DNA of 64,000 nucleotides, from assembly GCA_028023455.1 (NCBI GenBank), contig JAQFVV010000001.1:3968001-4032000 (forward strand). Direction: 5' to 3'. Within the stretch, counting starts at the first letter, position 1; each line of letters opens with the position of its first letter. The position numbers were made by a program, and so were the translations under genes. Origin of the DNA: Epiperipatus broadwayi (Eukaryota; Animalia; Onychophora). Below the pieces are notes generated by a model that was given only the letters and a program-made list of their open reading frames with translations, had not been told where the DNA came from and did not search any database. Below, in pieces: positions 12,627-25,069 of this stretch.

Positions 12627-12666
12627 AACAAATGATTTAAAAATTGAACTGGTCCAGACATACAGG
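12627..12666 (+). CDS. Candidate 40-nt internal coding exon (phase 1 to 2), product unknown
   Basis: ttttaacatgcag|GAACAAAT...ACATACAG|gtatgt; only one frame is open: (G)TNDLKIELVQTY(R/S). Confidence 0.3.
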
Positions 12667-12802
12667 TATGTCTAGTCATTTTGGATATAGAATTTTGGAA
12701 GGGTAAAGAAATACAAATTAAAATACATAGATACATTAATAAAAGACTCAAAGCATTTGTGAAAATGATAAAAAAAATATTTTTTATGTATATTATATAC
12801 AT

Positions 12803-13523
12803 CACACGATAACCATTCCTTATGCTAGCACATTACTGCTATTAAAACAGGCAAAACTCTCCATACAGTAGTGCCACTCAGTGTCAACCAGAATAATCAA
12901 TGAAATGCCAGAAGGCTTGTGCATGTATGGGTACTGAACTGGGTTCAGACCCATATGACTGTATAAGCTATTGAATTTAGATTGAAAATATTATTGTGTT
13001 TTTAATTTTATTCTCATAGTTTTGTAGTTAAGTAGAGATAAAAGGTGGCTGCTGGAGGGTTTTGCCTGTTTTAATAACAGTAATGTGCTAGCATAAGAAA
13101 TAGTGATCATGTGATGTTTAGTGGTTTAACACCAATCCTGCCTAATAGGATAGTGGTGGCTATGGTTGTTAAAGAGCCAAAGGCACCAAAATGTATGGGT
13201 ACTGAACTGAGTTCAGACCCATAGATCTATATAAGCTATTGAGCTTAGATTGAAAATATTGTGTTTTCAATTTTATTCTCATAGTTTTGTAAGTAGAGAT
13301 AAAAGGTGGCTGCTGGAGGGTTGCATTAGCTTCTAAGATCTAACGTCAGTGCTCTGAAATCCAAAGTTCCTCACTGATGAAGGCCACACGCCAGAAACTA
13401 GTCTGGGAATATTGGATGAGTAGGCACTAGATAAGGATTTTATGCACAAGCCTTTTGGCATCCATTGATTACTCTGGTTGGCATTGAGTGGCACTACTGT
13501 ATGGAGAATTTTGCCTGTTTTAA
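12803..13523. mobile_element. Family A composite: inverted 3' end + internally deleted monomer + full ~450-bp monomer with HHR
   Basis: 12803-12924 is the reverse complement of 13441-13523 plus tail; 12922-13061 repeats at 13191-13322; ttgcctgttttaata recurs at ~13061 and ~13511. Probable TSD tatatacat at 12794-12802 and 13524-13532. Confidence 0.85.
13366..13410 (+). ncRNA. Putative minimal type I hammerhead ribozyme (canonical core), family A
   Basis: GUUCCUCA-CUGAUGA-A-GGC(cacac)GCC-A-GAAA-CUAG-UC-UGGGAAU; palindrome ACUAGU, GUC cleavage triplet, stem I pairing; conserved at 37263-37303 and 44645-44689. Confidence 0.75.
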
Positions 13524-14482
13524 TATATACATGTATGCTTAAAATATATTTTAATCATATTGAATAGGCATTATAGAAATGCTGTATTTTGAATTTAGAT
13601 ATATAATCAATAAATGATAGGAAATGCAAAGAACAATGTTCTATTTTCAATAATCATTTTAATGTTAAATTAATAAAAAAAAAATCATTTTTGTCTTTGA
13701 AGTTTAACTGCAATCATAACTGTATAATAAATTGTTCTGTATTTTCATCTCAGTCACTGAGACCATGCTAGTCAGAATAAGCAGTGCTGTTTTAATTGTT
13801 AATCGTGAAAAGTGTGTTTCATGGTAGTAATATTCCTTTTAATAATTGCAGAATTCACTTATTCCTATTAATGGTTTTTAGATAATCTACAGAATATCTA
13901 TGCAGAGAAAATGTAATAATACGACTTTTTCTAAACATAGCAGGAAAATACTGGGCACATATAAATTGTCTGATAAATATTAATTCTTATACCCCCCCCC
14001 TCCGAATTTTTTTGTAAAACTACTTAAAAATATTATATATATATATAAAGTATGGAGAATTTATGTATTAACATTTTAGAACAATAATATAGACACATAA
14101 TATATAATCCAAGGATAAATTTAATGCAAAAATGTAAGCAATATCATCTGGTATATCTATATCATTTAGAGATTTAATCTATAACTTTGCTAACAATTTC
14201 TCTAATTATTCTCCTGTTTTTTTAAATATTTATAACAATTTCATCATTTCCTGGAATAAATGATGAGAGCATTTTAATTATAAGTTGGGTTTTTTTCCAT
14301 CGTCTAATTAAAATTATTAAATATTTTTATGTGTTAGTCTGAATTGATTTGATAAATTATTTCAATTTTATTCTCCAGAAAAGTAAAATTATTACTTATT
14401 ATAAAATAACTGTCAGTAATTTGTGGAAGCAATTGTTCACTGTAAACATGTATGTACATGTCTGTGTATACATTTATATGTT

Positions 14483-14650
14483 AACAATCACCCTTTAAGT
14501 AATCAATAACATCAACCTATAGTCAAGGCAAACTCCTTTAACAATAAAGATGGTACTACCTTTACTTATGGTCTAATATGTTTATATAGACACTAAAGGA
14601 TGTTACCTTGACTACAGGTTGAGATATTGATCATTTAAGGGTTGATTGTT
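14483..14650. repeat. Imperfect inverted repeat / small MITE-like fold-back
   Basis: aacaatcaccctttaagtaatcaata..caacctatagtcaagg (14483-14543) pairs with ccttgactacaggttg..tattgatcatttaagggttgattgtt (14593-14650). Confidence 0.6.
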
Positions 14651-16553
14651 ATCTACATTTATAAACCTATTAAAGCCTTGATTGCCTTTATTGTCTTAAT
14701 ACATATTTATATGTACATGTTTATACAAATACAGTTACTAATATCTAGTTGCAACTTCTAAATTATAATTTACCAATATTATTTTAAACAAACCATGAAA
14801 ACAAATATATTATATAATCAAGTATTTATTTTGTTAGAAATACCCCCCACCAAACATATCCTTTATAGATGTGCTTTGGATTAAAAATAAAATATTCTCA
14901 TTTAACCAAAAGTGCTGCAGGAAATATGAATGTTAAGTACTATTATATCTAATTTAAATCATAATCTCATTTAGATTAATTTAAACCAATTAACAATCCC
15001 TATTTTAAAATTGATATATCAAAATTCACAATCGACTAATAAATTTAAAATTAATAATTTAAAAAATGTTTACATTCTTTATTTTATTTCATGATAATGA
15101 TTATATTTTACCAAATTTATTGTTTTTTATGGTATGTTAGATTTATGAAATATATAATATTTTATTTTTAACATCATGTAAATTAAATTTATTATAAAAG
15201 ATGCAATTTTGACCAAATGCATAAACAATTTAATTTGGAATATATAATTAGGCTATATGTTAAGTAAGTTATATCAGTGGTGAATCAATGCTGAATAGTT
15301 TATATCTCTTCAATTCTAAAGAAATTATTCAGAGATGTAAAATATTCACTTTTTTAAAAAAATTATATTTAGTAATTCTAGAATAAAAATTATCTTTGTA
15401 GATATCAAAAAATAGTTAAAATAATTAGTTTTAAATATATTTTATTGATAAAAATATATTTAAAAAATGATTGTTCTTATCTAGAAAAATTAAGCAGCAT
15501 TAATCAATGCTATTTTTTTAAAAAAGGATTACAATGAAGCTGTGAAACTTATACATGACTTCAATTATATGATATCCAAAAATGTCAATAAACAAACAAA
15601 TACACAAACAAACAAAAAACATTAACATTTGTAAATTTAGTACATTTTATTACACAAGCAGCCATTTTTTCATCTCTCATCACCATATATGATCACATTT
15701 AAAATAAATAAAATTTGGAAATAAATTTTATAATATATCAGCAGCCATTTTCCATCTTAAAACACTGTACATTATCATGTTTAATAAATTTCTTTGGTTT
15801 ATGTTGAAAACAGTTACATTTTGTTTTTCATTTATTATATTTCTGAATTTGGTGTGCAATAATTCCAATAATAAAATATTTGCTAAGCATACTGTTAAAC
15901 ATTTTACAAAATTTAAAAATACATTTAAAGTTGATACTGACTTAAAAACATCAAACAATTACAGAGAACATTTTTTTAACATTGTGATTATTATTAAGAG
16001 AAAAGTTTTTGAAAAACAACAATATCACTCAGAGCATATTCAATTGTGATGAAAGTCAGACATTTCACTGTTCATTTTATTTCAAAAATATAAATATGAT
16101 ACAATAAGTATTTTTTTACTTTTTCAGTGAAATGAATGAGTGAACACAATCAGTAAACATATAACTATATTATTATTATATTTATTATTATTTTAAAAAA
16201 TTGTTTATATTATAATCTTAATTTATATATATGCATGCTATACATATAAAAAGTATCTATGTTATATATATGAGTTGAAAAGATCTATATACTTGCAGTT
16301 CAATATACAATATGTATTCTATTTTAATCAAAGTTTAATAAAAAATATAACCTATTATATGTAATGTGTGATGTATGCATGAGGGACTTGGAACAAAATA
16401 TAACTGATATTATAATTGTATTGTAAAACACATAAACAGGATTTATGATTGGTGATTTTAATTTCATTCCATTTACATAGAAAATAAAAACATATCCTTA
16501 AGAATATGAGATAATTCTATTATCAATTTTTAACTTTTCTTATGCAATTGTAT

Positions 16554-16612
16554 TTCAATTTAAATGCTTGAAGACACAAACTAGTTTGCACTAACAAGCA
16601 TTTAAATCTGAA
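16554..16612. repeat. 59-bp hairpin
   Basis: ttca-atttaaatgcttg / caagcatttaaat-ctgaa arms with an internal caaactagtttg palindrome. Confidence 0.7.
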
Positions 16613-17218
16613 TCTGATATAATTAGTCTTGATTTAAATAAATTCACTTATAAATTAAATCTGCATTGCACAATAAAGAAAAATTTTAAAGGGAAAGTTC
16701 TAAATTAATATATGCAAATTTTCTTGATCATAATATTTAATCTAAAACAAAATTTGGATGTACTGAATTTTTTTAAAAAAGTATTTTTACTTAAGTTTTT
16801 ATTTTCAATACAGCTAAATTTTATAACAACCAGCTTTTTCATGTAATATTTAAGGAAAATTTGACTTTTAAAAAGAAGTTAAAGATTTTCTATTAGAGGG
16901 TTTACTATGATAATTTAATATTGATTTTTTGCCTTTGTTTAAGTAATGTAGCATACAGTCTGCATGGTACTACTGAATGAATGAAAAACTAATTGATAAA
17001 AAATAAAATATCCACATTTATTATTGAAGTTATGACATTGCATATATATATATTGCATTAAAATAATTTATTTATCAAACCAATATCAATTATTCAGAAA
17101 AAAAATATGTAGATATCAAATAAATTTTAGGCAGAGATGCAAATCTATAAAAAATATTTGCATTTGTAAATATAAATCACAAATATATATTAATTATTTA
17201 TTTTTATTTCATATATAT

Positions 17219-18211
17219 CATCATCAATCATCAATCCACTGCAGGAGGAAGGTCTCTCCAAGTTCAATCCATCTTCTCCAATCTCTACCCTTTCTTCTCC
17301 ACATCACCCTTGCACACTTTCTTATTTCATCCATCCATCTCACATGTGGTCTCTTTCTGGGTCTTTTACAATCTCTTGGAATCCCATTTAAGATTCAATT
17401 CTCCATCTATTATCATCTCTTCTAACAATATGTCCAGCCCAACTCCACTTCAGTTTTTTAATTATTTCAATGATGTCAATAAAACTTTTTTGTTCTCTTA
17501 CCCATGTATTATGTTTTTAATCTCTTCTTGTTACTCCTAACATGCATCTCTCCATGATTCTTTGAGTGGTCTGAAGTCTGTATTGCTTTTCTATTAAATG
17601 TCCAAATGTCAGATCCATAAATAAGAACTGGTAAAACATATTTATTAAAACCTTTCCATTTCACATAGGCATATTTCTTTTTAATATTAAGTTATTTCTA
17701 CCAAAAGCATTCAAACCAAATTTAATTCAATAATTAATCTCATCCATTATGTTTCCATCTGTAGTAATAATCTGACCAAGGTATTTGAAGTTGTTAACTT
17801 CTTCTAACTTATCATAATCAATCTTTATTTTCATCTTTTGAGAAAATCCATTGAACATTACTTTAGTCTTTTTAACATTTAGCTTTAACCCTACTTTCTT
17901 ACTTTCATCTGATAACTCTTGCAACATTTCCTGAAGCTCTGAAAGCATTATTTGAAAAAAAATAACTACATCACCTGCAAAATCTAAATGACTTAAATAA
18001 TTCCCATTTACTTTTACTCCTTTAGTTTCCCATTTTAATTACAAAATACTTCTTGCAGCATTACTATAAAAAGTTCTGGAGATATAGAATCACCCATCTT
18101 AACCTTTCGCAATGTTAACCTTACTGGTGTCATTATATAATCTAATTGTTGCTACGCATTTTTATAAATATTCTTCAGAACATGACAATTTCTGGGTCTA
18201 TATCTTAACGA
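17219..18211 (-). mobile_element. 5'-truncated RTE LINE with (TGA)n tail and 11-bp TSD
   Basis: RT C-terminal ORF (VGLKLNVKKTKVM..FKYLGQ); 3' end ..ccttcctcctgcagtggattgatgattgatgatg typical of RTE; TSD ttcatatatat at 17208-17218 and 18212-18222. Confidence 0.9.
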
Positions 18212-19012
18212 TTCATATATATTGTGTTATAATATACATTTTTATTGCAAAATATTTTATTTTTTTCATTTTATTTAATCTACAATTGTAGCCATAAATT
18301 TAAGAATAAATGTGGCTGAATAAATTTGAAATAAATACAAACATTATTTATGGATTTACATTTCTCTATATATTTTACTTGTCACTGGTGGATTTTTTTA
18401 TTTTATTAAAAGATGATATTGTTGTGGTAAAGAAATGACATTTATTTAAAATTCATTACTTTTTTGATTATATTTGAATATATAAATTGAGACATTTTTT
18501 TTTTATTGATTAATCTTTCTTTGGTTAAATAGTATGCTTTATGTAGCTCCATCATGTAAATGATTTATTTATATATTTTATTTTATTTTCTGTACTTATA
18601 TTCAGTGCAGTTTTATTTCATTTTTTCCAATTTATATTATTTATATACTTATAGTTTGGTGAACTATCAGCAAATACTAAATCATATCATTGTTATTTGT
18701 GAAGAAAATAAAATCTACTTAAAATTTTATTGGCTTTTCCAACCAATCAAATCAATTGCTTTAAACTATTTTATTTTTTCTTTATTTTAAAAGATAGTAA
18801 ACTTTTTTCATTTTGATAAAGAATAATAAGAACTGATACAATCCTTTTTTTTCTTTATGATTTCTGTATTTGAAATTAATTCTAACAGTATTTAATATTA
18901 TAGTAAAGGCAAATATTTAATAAGTATAATTACTTTCAAATAAAGAACTTGTGTTTACTATAATAAACTGACTAATGAAATAATAATAAATGGAAATAAG
19001 TAATTAATAGCA

Positions 19013-19400
19013 TAAACAGGCCAATTGGAAATCTAGGTCAGTGAATCCAATTGTTGCCAGTAAGGATGGGGATCTTTCAATATATTGAGGCCCATTTGAG
19101 AAAGAAAATAGACTTTCAGAAGTTCAGACAATTGTCAGACATTGAACAGCAGTACCTATACTGTCCATAATATTGTAGAATGCAACTGCTAACTACAATT
19201 AACATTATAACTGCAAACCAGGCAACAACCTATAGACTGGAAATATCAGGGTCCTAAAAAGAAATCATAGCACTTCTTCCCCAACAATACTGTACTACAA
19301 ACAACAAGATTTACATAATTTGTCAATCATAACTGAGGCTAACTCTTATATCTGAATATTGTATATGTTCTGTGTATAAAATATTTATATATTTATTGCA
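19013..19400 (+). mobile_element. Possible decayed solo LTR related to 27310-27710
   Basis: Shares ordered blocks aaac.ggccaat / tgaatcc.attg / ggatctt / ccattt with the region upstream of the Gypsy gag; similarity weak and judged by eye. Confidence 0.25.
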
Positions 19401-19826
19401 AATAAGTTTAAGAAAATATCTTTATATTCATTTACAGAGTTGTGTGCCATTCATTATTAAATGACCAGGAATATTACTCCTAGCCACACTACAATGTAAA
19501 CACAACATTCAGGAAACGATTTTTATTTTCTACTGCAATACAATAAAAATTGCAGAATAATAAAATTTATTTCAAAGTGTGGATTTATAAATTTATATAA
19601 ATGTGATTATAGAATATGTATGTATGCATAGTGCTTGAACCTGCTATAATGAAATTAGGTTTAAGGAGAGATATTTTTCGTGAAAAAGTAATGAATAGAT
19701 TTTGTCATAAATTAAAATTTCAAGATAAATCTTTAATATGAAGTATTTATTAATGTTTTGTAATTTTTTTAACTTCATTACTATTAAAAAATATGTCTAC
19801 ATTCCTCAACCAAGATAGTTTAATGT

Positions 19827-19908
19827 AACTTTAAGAAGCAATATCATCCAAAAATCAAGAACCACCAAACTTTAAGAAGCAATATCATCCAAAAATCAAG
19901 AACCACCA
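19827..19908 (+). repeat. Exact tandem duplication of a 41-bp unit
   Basis: aactttaagaagcaatatcatccaaaaatcaagaaccacca x2. Confidence 0.95.
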
Positions 19909-20259
19909 CTGAGGAATACTGTGTGCCATTTGAGTATAAAAGTATTTTAAATGCTTTAGCTGCCCTCTGGAAGATCTCATTAACACTATATTTACAATGT
20001 GTAGTCTTTTTTTTTTTGAAAAAAAAAAAAAAAAGAGAATAAACATTTTTAAGTCATCATAAAATAATTTGATAAATCGTGTTTATTAGTAAAAATGTTT
20101 TAATTGCATCTATTCATGATAAATTATTATTTTATACGGACAACTTTTTTTTCTCTATGTATTGCTAGCTAAATTACAAGGAAATAAAAATTGTATTATT
20201 CTGTTTAATTAGAAATTAGGTTTTCTACCTAATATTTGTACATAAACTTTTATATCAAT

Positions 20260-21100
20260 TTTACTGCTACGTGATCACTGTTTTTTTATTATACTTGTTA
20301 AAATCTTTTTTTAAAAAAAAAATACTTTAACGAATTTAATTTTTAAAAAAAAGTTATTTTGGATTTTATGAATGAATTTACTAAGAGATCGTTCTGAATG
20401 TGAAATCATGCCTTGAGGCCACTCATTGAGGAAAGAAAAAATAAACTGATTTGATGAATCAAAGTCTAAACGTTGCTTGACAAAATCCAGACATGAATGA
20501 TTTCCCTTTAATGACACCTTGCTTATTAGAGGAAAAATAAATTCATTCATAAGACACTCATTTGAATCAAATGCGTTTCTTGTCTTGGTGCGGTCACGTG
20601 ATTATTATAGTGAAGTATTTTTAGAATTATTATTGTTTAGATATGTGAAACAATGTGGTTTATTTTCCATGCAAAGCACAACCACCAACTGTAAATTTTA
20701 ATGGCAAATAAATGACTTTTAGAGATGTGAGAGGAATATTAGTAGTCGGGAAGATTCAGCTTTAGAAATGACAGAAACTAAACGTTCAACAACAACAAAA
20801 AGATAGTTATATAAACTTGAAACATTTTGTAAAAGAATTTTATTAAGAAATTGTTTTTTCAAATACTACATTAAAAAAATTAGTTTTATTATAAAAATAA
20901 CGGAATATAATGATGAGTAAAATATTAATGAATTAATATGCTTAGACAATCTAAAATAGTTTATGAGTGAAAGATTATATATCAAAATGTCAAGTTCAAT
21001 ACAACGATCGCAGTTATTTGACCAATGTTTTTTTAACTCGCCAAAAACAGCTTTTACGACTAAAACAGACAGGTTTTTAAGAAATCAATGCAGAAGGACA
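20260..21100. promoter_or_regulatory. CpG-retaining non-repetitive patch, possible promoter / first-exon region
   Basis: Local CpG excess with no TE homology seen; gtcacgtg E-box at 20593-20600 and tacgtgatcac near 20268; aaaATGtca ORF start at 20988. Confidence 0.3.
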
Positions 21101-21840
21101 TGATTGGACTTTTTTTTTTTTAATGGAAATTCAGACCTTTAGCCACTTGTATATATACTATTAAAAGGCTATTTTTTATATAAAAAAAATTTAAATTAAA
21201 TAAAAAGCACTTTAAAATTTGACTTAAAAAAAAATAACTTTATAAAAATACTTAAAATGAGATTCAGATAATCTAATTAAGTTAATAGGATATGAGGGAG
21301 GGAAAAAAATATTAATATTCATAACTTAAAAGTAATCAAATGACATATCAACATATATAATTTAAATTCCACTTTTTATTTACTTGACTGCAATGTTTTT
21401 GTAGTCATTTATTAACTTGCAGTTTTGACTGATTTACAATCTTTGTCAGAGCTACAAACAATTTTAATACATATATTAAAATTCTAATAATTTTACTTGA
21501 CTTTAAAATAACATGAGAATAATTATAATCATAAAAAAAGTAATAATTAGATGTATATGTCCATTTACATATATACAGTACTTATTCACTTGCTCATACA
21601 TATATATAATTAATAAGTGTAATAATGCTCAAAGCTAAATAGGTTATATTGACCTGTTTAAGGAGGTTTATTTAAACTTCTTTGTATCAATATTTTCAGT
21701 TTATGTGGTCAAGTTGCAATTGTTAGTGTCTATATAAATATATTGGACCATAAATAAAGGTGGGGGTTCCATCTTTATCATTAAAAGAATGACAACAGAT
21801 TGATATTGTTGTTTGTTATTGATATTGGGATAGTCTAGGC

Positions 21841-24403
21841 CAGAGGTAGTCAACCTTTATATACCCACTGCCCACTTTTGTATCTCTGTTAGTAGTAAAA
21901 TTTTCTAACCTCCTACCAGTTCCACAGTAATGGTAATTTATAAAGTAGGGAAATAACTTTATAAAATTTATAAAGCAGAGTTACAGCAAGGTAAAGCATA
22001 TAATAATAATTATTTACCAAATACTTTATGTGAACTTTCGCTAAGTTTGGCAGAATAAATCTTTATAAAACAACTTACTGTAGTTAAATCTATCATTTTA
22101 TTTATACTTTGTATACAAAGAAGCATGAAGTCTGGTGAAATTACATTTAATTAATTAAATTATTAATGAAATTCCTTAGGCTGATGTTGCGAAACTAAAT
22201 ACTGGATATCTGGCTCAATTTTTATAAGGAACAAATGAAGATCTCTTTCAGAAATATTCGGGTGGTTTCTTTCTTTGGTCATAATATGATTAATAGCACT
22301 AAAGCCTGATTCCACAAGATATGAAATAGGGAAAGATATCAATAAACTGAATATCATATTCCACATATCTGGATATAAGACAGGCATTTTTTAATTTTGC
22401 CATAGGTTTTCATATCCATCACTAGTGAATTTGTTTACTTTCTTCATCATATCTAATTTCTAACAGTTCTTCTTGGCAAGTTGTAGTAGCCTCTTCAATA
22501 TTTGCGGTAAATGATTTTTCATCCAGTCATACACCTTCAACTTCAAAATATCTTCGAATAGTTTTTCCATGTCCAATTTAAGTTTGTTGAGGTGGCTACT
22601 GAACCTGTCAATATCTTCTAGAGTTACATCATCTTTTACAGATAATAATTCAGGAAACTGATGAAATTCTCTCTTCAGTACATTATAATGAAGTAGTTCA
22701 AGTTTGTCAATAAATAATGACACAATATTTTGGCAACCTATCAGAGTTTTATTAGCTCCTTGAAGTTGCAAATTGACATCATTAAATCTCTTGAAAATAT
22801 CTGCCAAGTTAAAGGCATCACTCTTTACTGTTTTTAACTGTTGACATAGATTGGTCTCACAATTACTTTTTAAAAAATTATATGAGACTATCGTATAATG
22901 CTATAAAATGAGCCAGATCTGTACTCTTTGACAGACACCGAACTTCTGTGTGCAAATGTAACCTATTAAAATCTTCATTATTGTCCTGGCAAAGCGGTTG
23001 AAACATTCTATCATTTTTTTGCATTGGATTTGATCTTGTTTACAGCTTGAATTATTATAGTTAATGATGAATGGAGACTTGTACTTAGATATTTTTCTAC
23101 AAGATGTTGTCTGTGCACCACATAATGAATACGTAAAACATTTGACACTTCTTCCTTCAAATAAGGGACAAATACATGATAGCAACCTATCATTGATGGT
23201 GTTCCATAAGTAGTGCATGCAATAATATTATTCAAAGGAATATTATTTTTTGTAAAGTATGATTTCATAGTATTAAATATAGATAATCCTTTTGTATCTG
23301 TAATGAGATTATTGTGAATAGCATTTCTTTCCGTAATGTATTGTTTTCATCAAAATAATATACATATGCCATCAATAAAGCATTATTACCTTCAATGGTA
23401 GATTTGTCCAATTAACATAGAAAATGAAGTTTTGGAGGATAATTAAGTTTTTTTTTCAATATTAATTGCCATTTTTTCAATTCGTCGCTTTACTGTGCTA
23501 TCACTTAGGGGCAACATTTTTGAAATTTTAGGTATATCCTGATGCATTACTGTTGAGATAAATTCTTTTATAGAGGGTATTATTACAGTTTCTCCAATAT
23601 TATAGCCTTTACCACTTTTTGCAATTAATTGTGAAATGTGATAAGAGGCAATCTTCATTTGCTGCATGTTGTTTCTTAAATGATGCAACAATTATTGAAC
23701 GATTTTGAAATTTTTATATTTTTCCTGAAAATATTCAATGGGCTTGTCCTTATCATTTGGATGCTTTGTAGCAAGATGTTTTTTCAATTGGCTTGGCTTC
23801 ATTGCCTCATTGGATAATGTTTTATGACACAATAAATACATTGGATGTTGTTTATTTACAACAGATTTATGAAACCCCATCTTTAAATACTCTGGTATAT
23901 AGCCATGAGCATATTTCTTCTTCTTTTTTTTTTTTGAGACATGGGCTCACAATATTTCATAATATTTTGTTTGAAACTGTAGTCACATGCTCACTCTCAT
24001 AAATCTACTGTGTACTGACCAATGTGACCACAAACCAAAGAGCTTCCATAATAAATCATCATCTGTAATGCTTCTCACACATCGTGAATTGGGTTTGGGT
24101 GGGTGGGAGATGTGTGAGCTCTTCTGGGACAAGGCTCTTTTGTTAGAGGTTGCACTATAGCTCTAGATTCATTTACATAATGTGAACTAAACTTATGTGC
24201 AGGAGATACAAATAATATATTTTCAAAAATTTAAATTATCACAGAGAATTTTATGAAAACTTAATGAAAATGTATTTAAATAATGCAATGATTTTTTTTT
24301 TAAAAGTCAATTAAATTTTTAAAAAAAGTGCTTTAGGATTGTACAAAACCCCTACCGCCAACATAAAGGCTGGTGTGCCCACTAGTGGGCGGTAGGGATC
24401 AGG
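21841..24403 (-). mobile_element. hAT (Buster/Charlie-type) DNA transposon with right TIR deleted
   Basis: Left TIR cagaggtagtcaacct at 21841; 8-bp TSD gtctaggc (central TA, Buster-type) at 21833-21840 and 24404-24411; the right end stops at ..gggcggtagggatcag and lacks the terminal complement of the left TIR. Confidence 0.95.
22163..23942 (-). pseudogene. Buster/Charlie-type hAT transposase (ZBED5/SCAND3-like), multiple frameshifts and stops
   Basis: BED finger (P.C(Y)LLCHKTLSNEAMKPSQLKKHL..KH), LPLSDSTVKRRI, TDG-derived TTYGTPSMIG, HC(Y)VVHRQHL, SYLVESGFS and dimerisation tail IEPDI..LV..HQ...H. Confidence 0.92.
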
Positions 24404-25069
24404 TCTAGGCATTGACTGATTTCTATAATTTATTTATGTATATATATAACTGTGAGTATGTGTATAACCATCAAATAAAATTTAAGCTATATTCATTGTA
24501 AATATAATTCTAAAAAAAAGTATATATTTTCAATATCAGCATAGTGTGCATTATACAGCCTACACATAATCAATTTACTATCTATACTTACAATATCTAT
24601 TTTTATTTATATCTATTTTTAAAAATCAATTTACTTTAGGTGATTTACATAATACATTGAATAGTGATTAAAAATATTCATCTCATTAATCCAGATGTAA
24701 ATAGATAATGTATTTTATAAGTATATATATATGTATATTATACGTGCATAGTTTGTATATGTACACAATGAGACACTTTGGTCTCAGCACTTGTAATATC
24801 ACTTAATGATATTAATAATTTAAATTTTTTTAATTTCTAAAATAGGGATTAACATACAGATGATAATATACAAAATAAATGAGTTTTAACTGGTTTAAAA
24901 TATTTCATTAAAATTGTATAAACTTTTTTAAAATATTGTTTTAGATTATGCAAATTTTTATACATTTTATTTTTATTGCAAAAAGAAATGAAAGAATTAT
25001 TTTCATTCTTTCTTTGATTTTAAAATGTAATAATAAATTTATAATGTCAATTTTAAAAAATTACGTATA

